Below are positions 1 through 9,672 of a DNA stretch of 64,000 nucleotides, in pieces (position 1 is the stretch's first letter; each line of letters begins with the position of its first letter). Origin of the DNA: Chrysomallon squamiferum (Eukaryota; Animalia; Mollusca); contig CM022666.1 of the NCBI GenBank assembly GCA_012295275.1, positions 13,578,001 to 13,642,000 on the forward strand. The letters are read 5' to 3'. The notes beneath the pieces were generated by a model. The model was given only the letters and a program-made list of their open reading frames with translations, searched no databases and had not been told where the DNA came from. Position numbers and translations under genes: made by a program.

Positions 1-277
1 ACACATACACACATACACACACATATACACATACATATACATATACACACATATACATATACACATACACATACATACACATACATACACACACATACAT
101 ACACAAACATATACATAAACATATACATATACATACACATACACATACACATACACATACATATACATATACATACACATATACCCATACACATACATAT
201 ACATGTATGTAAACATATACACACACATATACATAAACACCAAATCATGATAGTCATCTACAGCTCCCTGGTTTAAA

Positions 278-310
<33 letters not shown>

Positions 311-311
311 A

Positions 312-370
<59 letters not shown>

Positions 371-377
371 AATACAA

Positions 378-426
<49 letters not shown>

Positions 427-1027
427 AACATATACATATACATATACATATACATAAACACCAAGTCTTCATAGTCATCTAAAGCTCCCTGTTTCAAACA
501 TATACATATATATATATACATACACACATACACACATATACATATACACATACATATACATACACATACATATACATATACATATACATACACACATTCA
601 CACATACACACACATATACACATACATATACATATACACACATATACATATACACATACACATACATACACATACATACACACATATACATACACAAACA
701 TATACATATACATACACATACACATACATATACATATACCCATACACATACACATACATATACACATACACATAAACATACATACACATATACACAGATA
801 CATAGATATATACATATACATATACATGTATGTAAACATATACACACACATATACATAAACACCAAATCATGATAGTCATCTACAGCTCCCTGGTTTAAA
901 ACATATACATATACACATACACATACATATACACATACATATACATAAACATATACATAAACACCAAGTCATCAGTCATATAGAGCTTCCTCTACATATA
1001 CATAAACATATACATATACATATACAA

Positions 1028-1058
<31 letters not shown>

Positions 1059-1101
1059 AACATAAACATAAACATATACATATACATATACATATACATA
1101 A

Positions 1102-1154
<53 letters not shown>

Positions 1155-1170
1155 AACATATACATAGGTA
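1..1170. repeat. (ATAC/ATATAC/ACAT)n microsatellite array interrupted by four copies of an exon-6 start fragment
   Basis: Directly visible; the source of the poly-CI/MY ORFs in the track. Fragments at ~235-270, 456-491, 858-893 and 959-990. Confidence 0.95.
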
Positions 1171-1301
1171 TATCATAAAGTGTTAATGAATCATACTAAT
1201 TTTAAAATCACTTACTGATGATAAAAAAATGAGGGTAAATCAACAGTATAATAAATAATCTGCTTTAAAAAATTTATATTTAATAAACGTATTATAGTTA
1301 C

Positions 1302-4300
1302 CTGATTTTTCAGTTCTTCAACTGCTTCAATGTAGCCATAAACCCCAATTTCATTAGAACCACCTACAGGTATTAGGTACGAGTTCTCTCCCCTTTCCTG
1401 TCTATAAAGAGAGAGAGAAAAAAATTGTGTTAAATATTATTATTAAATTAAAATCTGACATGTTTGTCTGTCTCTATCACTTAAACACATAAACACACAC
1501 ACACACACACACACACACCATATAATTCAAAATGTTAATCAAACAAAAATACTTTCAATTATTACTGAGCTTCATTTTATTATTATTGTCATCATTATTC
1601 TCACAAAATATATATTCCTTAATGTAACATACAAAAAGTATGTCACACTTTCTCTCAATGAGTACTCATTCATGACTCAAATACTTGATCAGCTCAGCTA
1701 GTCCTGCATGCGAGGGTTCAGTTCTGTCAGGTACGGTGATTTCCTGGGTACCAAAATACAGAGTAGCCCCACACAGTCTGTCCAGTAGCAAGTTTCAAGC
1801 AGAATAAAGTTGGCTTAACTGTTCAAAGCAGCAAAGTCAATAAACTGAGAGGTTTTCTCAAATATCTGCAAAGAAATGATGCTTTTCATTTCATGGGAAG
1901 TAACAACTTTGACCTTCTCCTGGAATAGCAAATTGCATTGCAATCTTCTCAAGACTTGACTTTTGAGCAAATACTTGATAATCAGGTATAATCAGTCTGA
2001 TAATGATGAAGATGATGAATGGGCTGATTGGTGATCAAAAATTGAAACCTGCTAAAGTCATAACTGCCAAGCAATCTGTTAGCTGAGATGATAAAACTTC
2101 ACAAATTACATGATGACAGTGATGGTGAATTATCTCAAGATGATGATGATAACTCTGTTAATGAAATGGTGGCAGGTGAGCCTGTTCAGACTTCTCGTCC
2201 ACCAACTGCTGAAACTATCATTCAACATGAAGAGAAAAGATGAAAGACAGGATGACATCATCAATGAAACCCCTGAAATACCAAAAGAAAAGAAATTGAA
2301 AGCTGATACTCTTAATGACATTAACAGTCGTCTTTTGGTTGAGTGTAAGGCTAAGAATAGAGATGATCTGTTTATCTGGATACGTAAAAATAAGCTGATT
2401 GCAGATCAGATAATTGGCAAAACAGCTCCAGGTAAACTGCTTGGTGGATTCACCTATATTATGGGCGATTTCTCTTTTGAAAGAATTTTGAAATCTCAGT
2501 TGGAACTGTATGAGAAAGACCTTGATCCTGATCAAGGTATTATTGATTACTTAAAAGAATGGACTGCCCCTGAAAAAGATGCAAAAGGCAACAAGATAGC
2601 TGAACCTGGATAAAGTATGAGACATTTTTCATTTTGGTCAAACATTGCTGGAATTGCTGGACTCAAGTTAGCTGGTAAGATTGTCAGTGTGTTATGCAAA
2701 TTGGATAATCAAAAATCATGAATTTGTCTCAAAGGTTCTACTGTGATTGAAAAGAGTTATTGGATGATTGAACTATTCAATCTTCTTCCCAGTGCTGTTC
2801 TTCAATGCGCTGGTAAAGATGAGCATTTTGCTTTTGAGTCATGCATTAGCGAAAAAGTAATTCTGATTGATGAATCGTGCTACAGTTGAAAGATACAAAA
2901 GTCTTTTACGTGGCAATGCTGTCGAAGTTAAACATAAGAATAAATCTCCTCAAACTGTGTACAAAACTCCTGTTCTTATTTGTTCAAATTGTGACCCTTG
3001 GTTTGGACTTCAGTGGGATTATACTACTACTGTTAAAGCTCAAATGTATTTCAAGTGTCACGACAGTGTTAAATCTCAAGATCTACAAGAATTCTTGAAA
3101 GATGCAAATGCTCCTAACCCAAAAATGTGGGTACCTTTTTCTGACTGGTTTGGCAAGAAGTTGATCTTGCAGATTTCTGTAAGAACAATTGGGATGCTGA
3201 TCTTGACATTACTTTGATGATGATCTTTGTCCCATTCAGTATGGTCATCTTCCCTACTTCAGTCACGAAGGTGCAATCGAAGCGAAGAAAGCATGCGTGA
3301 ATGCCAACGAGTTCATATAAACCTAAGCATGTTGATGGTTGTTTTGTGAGTAAACATTTGAAAAATTTATTGTACCTTTTCTTAGAAAACAACTATTTAT
3401 GAATTTTTATAATTTTTTATTTGTGCACAATAAATATATATAATATTATTACACTGGTTTGTTACATTTCAGCAGTTAACCATTCTGCTGCTCTATTTCT
3501 ATATTCAGTTATTTCATATTGTTGTTCAATTTGTTCTTCTGAAATGTTCTTACAGTTCAAATACTCTTGTAATTCTTGTTCGCTGTTTTCTGTCCATTCG
3601 AGATTATTTTCTCTTCCAATAGCTATTATATGAGAAGCAACAGACTCGTCACAAGTACAATGCCAGTCAGTTAACAAATTCCAAGAATCTTCTATTCTTA
3701 CTTCTGCAGTATCAGACAATTCATCTCCTTCCATTTGATAATTAACATGATCACATAATGAAAATATTATAAAAGCTTGAGAATAATTATTATGTATTAT
3801 ATAATGTTCTTTGTGCTCGTGTCTTTTAAATATGTATAATCTCCCAATTTCTCGGTGATAAAAGTTAACTCTGTATATTTCTTTTCTCTCGTTGAAGGTT
3901 AATTTCAATCTCTTACCAATTTGTCGCCGATGTAAGTGTTGAAATGTCATTTCTGATTTAACAGTTTCTCCATTTAAAGTCACAAAAAAATTGTTTTTAG
4001 ACATTACAATTTCATTCAGTATGTCAACATATTCTTCTAACAGTTCTTGATGTTCTGTATTATTTTTATCAAACAAAATATCACCATACCATATAGTCGT
4101 ACCATAAATATCATAAACAATATCACGAAGAACCCAGAAATAGTCCATGTGGCATATTGTCTCTTCTGTGAGAAATTTAGAAAACATTTCTCGTGTTCTT
4201 TCGTCTGTTTTCTCCATGAAGATTACCTTTTTTAAATGAGATATTCCATTAAAAGCAGCTCGACGTTCAAAGGATCCAAACCACACAGCATAGACATTGT

Positions 4301-5711
4301 TTCTCTCCCACCACGCCATCGTCACTGATTTCATTATCTGATTACAGAGTTTATATAGAGTAAAAAACACATTACCATAACATCATACTCTAAAAATAAT
4401 TATTTCAGGAAATGGTGTAATAGATAAGTGATTTATTTATTTAATGTGCAATTTTTCAAGATCATAGGCAATAATTCTTGCTGCCTGGTTGTAAAATGGA
4501 GTTGGCTCTCTCAATTATGTCCATTACCAATATCGTGGCAACATGACTAAAAGATGGTCCACACAAGAATAAGGAAAACGCAGTCAAGACTTCCAATTAA
4601 CCTCTGTTAACAGTGCCTCTTGGAGATTTAAGTAGCTTCACTTCAACCATGTGACTTGTGGATAAAAAAAAAATGCCCATAAGATGGATATCAAAACATG
4701 TGACATCTTAAGGAAGAAAACACTTCACCTGAAGATCACCTGAAGACATTTACCTGAAGATTACCTGAAGACATTTACCTGATGAGACACCAGAAGATGT
4801 TACCTTTTCTTAAGATGTTACCTGAAGATTACCTGAAGAGTTTACCTTTTCTTAAGATTTACCTGAAGATGATCGCGAGTAATATGTGTGTGAATGTGTG
4901 TGTGTATATATGTATATATATTTATATATATTCAAAAGCCCCACTACACTTTTAAATTTTAATTAAATGAAAACAGCTTTTCGGATTTGAACAAAATTAG
5001 TCGTGAACTTTCTATAGACTGCTACAATTTGTGTCATAACAAAAAAATCCCTGTTCTTCTGTTTTCTTAGGCTCCGTAGACTTCGACGAGAGCTCCTTCT
5101 TTTTCAAGACGCATTGCCCACCTCTTCAAGCATTCCTCTCCAAATCCTGTCAGCATTTCCGTTGTAACAAGACTGCAGGCATTCCTTACACTCCTAGGCT
5201 TTGATGCTTAGACTTTGCTTTTCAGGAAGCTCCACAGAAATAAGTCACAGGGTGTCAAATCTGGAAAACATGGCACCCACTCCAGAGGTCCTTGATGACC
5301 TACCCATTTATCAGGGATTACTTGTGATTCAAGAAATCGCGAACAGCTTTAGCATAATGTGGAGGAGCACCATCTTGTTGGAAAAAAACAATCATCAACA
5401 TTGGCTACAGGTTCCAATTCAGGGAGAAAAAAGTTTCGAAGTATAATTGACACCTGTCATATTAACAATCTGCTACTGTACATCTTTCAAGAAAAATGGT
5501 CCAATTATTTTTTTAGAAGAGATAGCGCCCCATACAATGAGCTTTGGAGAAAACAAAAGAAGAGGGATTTTTTCATTATGGGACAAATTGTAGCAGTCTA
5601 TAGAAAGCCCACGACTAATTTTGTTCAAATACATAAAGCCATTTTCATTTAATTAAAATTTAAAAGTTTAGCAGCACATTTGAAAGACCCTGTATGTGTA
5701 TATGTATGTAT

Positions 5712-5752
<41 letters not shown>

Positions 5753-7336
5753 TATATGTATATATCTACAGATATAATGTTATTATTGTTATAATAATTT
5801 TTCAGATAGTTTTTTAATTATGTTCCATTTCCACATGTAAACACTAAATCATCATAGTTATCTAAAGCTCCCTGGTTTAAAAACATATACATACATACAT
5901 ATATATATGTCTGTCTCTATCACTTACACAAACAAAAACACACACACACACACTTCAAAATGCTAGTCAAACAAAAATATTTTCAATTATTACTAAACTT
6001 CCTTTCACTCTTTTTTCTCATCACTCTCACTACATTTTTTACTGTAACATACAAAAAGTATGTCACATTTTCTCTCAATGAGTATTCCTTAATGTAACAT
6101 ACAAAAAGTATGTCACACTTTCTCTCAGTGAGTATTCCTTAATGTAACATACAAAATGTATGTCACACTTTCTCTCAGTGAGTATTCCTTAGTGTAACAT
6201 ACAAAAAGTATGTCACACTTTCTCTTAATAAGTATTCTTTAACGTAACATACAAAAAGTATGTCACACTTTCTCTCAATAAATATTCATTCATGACTCAA
6301 ATACTTGATCAACTCAGCCAGCCTCTCCATGCGAGGGTTCAGTTCGGTCAGGTACGGCGATTTCCTGGGTACCAAATACAGAGTAGCCCCACACAGTCTG
6401 TCCAGCAGCAAGTTTCCATTACATTCAACCTCCGATTTGTCCTGCAAAATAAACCACTCTGATAATACATACCGATTATTAAATGTGTTAAAATGTCAAA
6501 ACCTTTTAGGTGAAAAATTTAGTAGAATATTTGTTGATATATTATGTTCGTATTTTTTTTTAACCATTTTATACTGGCATTCTGTTGCACAGTTTATATG
6601 TTTATGTTCTGTCAAGCATTTCATACTGATATCTAATATTATTTTTTTGATTCAGATTGTTCATATAGCTAATTATCAATAATTTTGTTAAGGCAGTTTA
6701 ATGAATTTACTGAGCAATACAGCTATATAATATTATAAGCACACTAGTATATTATACATACAGCTATATAATATTATAAGGAAGGGCAGATAACTCACCA
6801 AAAACTTTATTATCAGCAAACATTTGTCTCCAGTAATGAATTAAATAACCATTTATGAATATATAAAAAATCTAGTTCATCACCATAATATACATTTTAC
6901 GTAATTTGAGGGGTAGTCCAATTATTTAATCATCTTTTATTCATTTTTTTTATAACAGTTGCCATGTTTGTGAATTTCTGAATAATGCTTTACCTGAAGG
7001 TCACCTCTGAGGAAAAGGTGAGGTTCAAGGCCAAGCTGTCGTGATGCTACAGCCACTGCTCTGCAGTGATTGGACTGAACCCCCCCACATGTGATCACAT
7101 GACTGCAGTTACTTCTGATAGCATCAGCCAAGAGGAATTCAAGTTTTCTCACCTTAGAAACAAAATTCTTTAACATCTTTATTAAATAAATATGTATTCA
7201 AATGTGTAAGTATTATTATTACTACTGCTACTAGTATTACTAGTACAAATACTGCTCCAGCTGATGATACTAGTACTACTAGTTGTACTGCTAACATGGA
7301 TACTACTTCTATTACTCTTACTGCTGCTGATACTAG

Positions 7337-7376
<40 letters not shown>

Positions 7377-8613
7377 TTAATAATAATAATAATAATAATA
7401 ATGACAATTATAATTACAACAAACAACAAAACTAACTGTAATATAAAGAACAATTAAGTAAACTGAACCAAAGTTATTTGTTTAAAATATTTATTAAAAT
7501 ATTAAAGGTTGTCTGAATATTTTATCTGCTAATGTTACTGAAACTATCAATTTTGAAACAAAACAAAAAATACATTTTTTTTTTTTTGACAAGAATGACA
7601 TTTGAGTAACATTTTTCTGAGAAGGTTAAGGTCATCTGCTACAAAAACAAACTGATCAAGTTCACCTTATTTCCTGACAAGGTACTTCCTGTCATGTCAT
7701 CTCTTTTAATATGGACAGTGAATTGGTCTGGTATGTCAGGGATGTGCCATTCCTGAATAGGGGTGTTAGGATGTGCAAGCTAAAAGAATCAAAATAATTG
7801 TAAATTAAATATTTGTTAAAAGTTGCTGAGTGATGCATTTGATAAACTTAAATTGTTTTGTTTTGTTTTGTTAATTTGATTTTGTTAAAGTTTTTCTCTA
7901 TCTATACACACACACACACACACACAGTTTGCTAACATAACATGGCTACTTCAGTTCATAATCAGTTTTTTAAAATAGAATTATTTAATAATTTTCAGCC
8001 AGAAAAAAATAATAAATATATAAAAATGGTTGTATTTGCTATAAATATTTCTACATTGCTCTAAAATAATCTAAGTTGGCAAATAAAAACATTATTTTTC
8101 TTTATGTTTTAATTTTACACATGACTATGCCACATCAGACATTACTAAAGGCAGTGTTCTTTATTTTCCAGTCAGTGGGAGGGCGCACATATAATAACAT
8201 TTTATGGTGATCCATAAGAATTGCCTTTTGAGTAATGCTTACATTATAAAAAGATGTTCACAATGTAATAATCATTATGGTATACCATGTCTAACTTTCA
8301 TGTATGTTTCATAACTTATAGTCAATGATTAAAAAAAAAAAAAAGTCTTGATTGTTGTTTAGTTTTAATATATCTATAAATTACTGTGTGTCAACAACTA
8401 GATGATGTTTTAAAGGTTGTTTATAATATAAAATACTACCTTTACTCTGTGTGTGGGTTTATTCGTCAGTCTGTCTGTCCATGCTGGGGGAACGTATTCT
8501 TCAAGTATGTGATGAAAAGAAGACATGTTTCGTACAGAGCGAGTTGAAAAACGTTCGAGATGGATTCTTGAAAACGTAGCTACTGCTCTAAAGATTAGTC
8601 CGGTTGAATGCAT
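1302..8613 (-). CDS. D-cysteine desulfhydrase / ACC deaminase-family PLP-dependent enzyme, exons 1-5 (3' part lies beyond the window start)
   Basis: GT-AG exons in consistent phase: 8613-8440 ([35 protein letters not shown]...THRVK; second ATG at 8526), 7779-7666 ([11 protein letters not shown]...[16 protein letters not shown]), 7152-6994 ([12 protein letters not shown]...[23 protein letters not shown]), 6441-6305 ([21 protein letters not shown]...), 1401-1302 ([33 protein letters not shown]). KRDD..G..LSGNK.RKLEF (PLP lysine), GGxQSNH, GNLLLD.L.GA and YxIPxGGSN are hallmark motifs of this family. Confidence 0.93.
1466..1796 (-). pseudogene. Duplicated, 5'-truncated copy of desulfhydrase exon 4 plus the start of intron 4
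   Basis: 1685-1796 aligns with 6305-6416 ([13 protein letters not shown]...AELIK) with one +1 and one -1 indel. The intronic part 1466-1684 matches 5908-6304 but has only one copy of the 50-bp unit. Similarity stops abruptly at 1796, where virus-like sequence begins. Confidence 0.9.
1794..3319 (+). pseudogene. Endogenous parvovirus/densovirus-like NS1 (Rep) gene, decayed (SF3 helicase)
   Basis: Stitching frames gives [29 protein letters not shown] (resembles the nuclease motif-III region), an acidic linker, then [14 protein letters not shown] (decayed Walker A), [11 protein letters not shown] (Walker B), [19 protein letters not shown] (motif B'), [13 protein letters not shown] (motif C) and a probable end ...VNANEFI* at 3319. 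Stops at 1926, 2611 and 2719; frameshifts near 2230, 2875 and 3155-3215. No introns. Confidence 0.85.
3462..4319 (-). CDS. Intact intronless ORFan of 285 aa (MAWWERNN...EWLTAEM), probably virus-derived
   Basis: 858-nt open frame of normal complexity in AT-rich DNA. The start acgATGG is a good Kozak context and follows a TATA+TCAGT promoter. AATAAA on the minus strand at 3421-3416. I do not recognise the family. Confidence 0.7.
   Translation of the reverse strand: MAWWERNNVYAVWFGSFERRAAFNGISHLKKVIFMEKTDERTREMFSKFLTEETICHMDYFWVLRDIVYDIYGTTIWYGDILFDKNNTEHQELLEEYVDILNEIVMSKNNFFVTLNGETVKSEMTFQHLHRRQIGKRLKLTFNERKEIYRVNFYHREIGRLYIFKRHEHKEHYIIHNNYSQAFIIFSLCDHVNYQMEGDELSDTAEVRIEDSWNLLTDWHCTCDESVASHIIAIGRENNLEWTENSEQELQEYLNCKNISEEQIEQQYEITEYRNRAAEWLTAEM
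4324..4357 (-). promoter_or_regulatory. TATA box plus TCAGT initiator for the 285-aa ORF
   Basis: Minus strand reads TATATAAA (4357-4350)...TCAGT (4328-4324). The Inr A (4326) lies 31 nt from the first T of the TATA box, the canonical spacing; the ATG follows at 4319. Confidence 0.6.
4726..4870. repeat. Array of short direct repeats ACCTGAAGA at the right end of the viral insertion
   Basis: Seven exact ACCTGAAGA copies, two variants and two TACCTTTTCTTAAGAT copies, irregularly spaced. Confidence 0.85.
4931..5692 (-). mobile_element. Internally deleted Tc1/mariner-superfamily DNA transposon with ~140-bp terminal inverted repeats
   Basis: 4931-5068 is the reverse complement of ~5548-5683. The right end reads TA|CAGGGTCTTTCAAA on the minus strand (TA target). 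The internal minus-strand remnant encodes GPFF...[20 protein letters not shown]...[30 protein letters not shown] (the DDE C-terminal part, WPPRSPDLTPCDF-type motif) with stops and frameshifts. Confidence 0.9.
5821..5874 (-). pseudogene. Pseudo-exon copy of the desulfhydrase exon 6 start
   Basis: Minus strand: ttaaaccAG|[17 protein letters not shown]. This matches the expected DDxVxxCGSGGT motif that follows exon 5 in phase 0, then stops. Confidence 0.75.
6043..6290. repeat. 50-bp minisatellite, 5 copies, each with a 10-bp stem / 5-nt loop
   Basis: Unit TGTAACATACAAAAAGTATGTCACACTTTCTCTCAGTGAGTATTCCTTAA; a single copy occurs at ~1613-1665. Confidence 0.92.
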
Positions 8614-9000
8614 AATCTCACATCTCGTATGACAGTTTATCACACATATGGGTCAGTGTAATGCAATGAATGGTAAATATATACGTGTAACTCACGTGTA
8701 AGCCTATATAAATATTTGTTTTAAATAGTAGCAAATTGCATATAAAGGCTGAGTTTTCACTTTTGTTTTTGCATTCGTTATTAAATTAATTTAATAAATT
8801 TGTAATAATTATATGCACATTCCTGTTATGAATTTAGATGAATACAATTCTGTTATACTACGCTTTGTCACCTGTAAAATGTTGGGCGAAGGTTGCATTA
8901 AAGATAATCAGACAATGTTATCAACATTCCCTATATAGCATAATGTTTTAGTAATTCGGAAATTCCTCCTTTACAGGTGCGAATCCCAAGCAGATGAAGC

Positions 9001-9019
9001 TAAAAAAAAAAAAAAAAAA

Positions 9020-9067
<48 letters not shown>

Positions 9068-9126
9068 TAAAAAAATAAATAAATAAAATAAATAAAAATA
9101 AAAAATAAAATAAAATAATAAAATAA

Positions 9127-9157
<31 letters not shown>

Positions 9158-9190
9158 AATGAAATAAAATAAAATATAATAATAATAAGA
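9001..9190. repeat. poly-A/(AAT)n/(AAAT)n low-complexity tract between the divergent desulfhydrase and NEK genes
   Basis: Directly visible. Confidence 0.9.
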
Positions 9191-9488
9191 AGATGATAAA
9201 TAAATAGGAGGTACAGTCAGAGAAAATTTGGCTCACACACAGACACACGACACACATATAGGAATATAATCCAAACTTAGCAAGGTCCATAAATGATCAT
9301 GTTCCTTTTGCTGCTGCTGCTGCTTATGATGATAATAATAATGAAATGAATGAAGTGGAATAATAAGAGTTTTTACAACTTTGTGCGGCCATAAAATTAC
9401 TTCTTTCATTTTTATCCGTCCCATTTCTCACGTAAAGATGCCGTTTTAAAAAAAAATAGTAATAATTAATTATATTTCTAATCCTTTC

Positions 9489-9543
<55 letters not shown>

Positions 9544-9672
9544 CAACTGGGTTTAATATTTTAATCGAACACATTTAGTCAGGAGCGGACGCCGGAACTG
9601 AAAATAAAACACGTTCAGCGCGTGCCAGTATATATGACCGTGCAGCTAACGTTTTCAGTCAGCTGTGGTAAA

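Noticed and set aside
254-1176. ORFs with poly-CI/MY/VY content (also 20197-20552, 50222-50459, 52760-53401 and others)
   Set aside because: They are translations of microsatellites that lack stop codons; there is no coding signal.
2110-2230. N-terminus of the 167-aa track ORF ([10 protein letters not shown]...)
   Set aside because: Probably the wrong frame. Another frame reads the acidic linker [20 protein letters not shown]..., and the track frame only looks NS1-like after ~2230.
3462-4319. Calling the ORFan a capsid (VP) or NS3 protein
   Set aside because: It has no PLA2 or Gly-rich region, and I cannot identify an NS3 zinc motif with confidence; left unassigned.
5201-5652. Plus-strand ORFs of 81 and 97 aa
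   Set aside because: They are antisense to the decayed Tc1/mariner transposase.
6043-6290. CRISPR-like array (regular period, palindromic unit)
   Set aside because: The units are near-identical end to end with no unique spacers, there are no cas genes, and the context is a eukaryotic intron.
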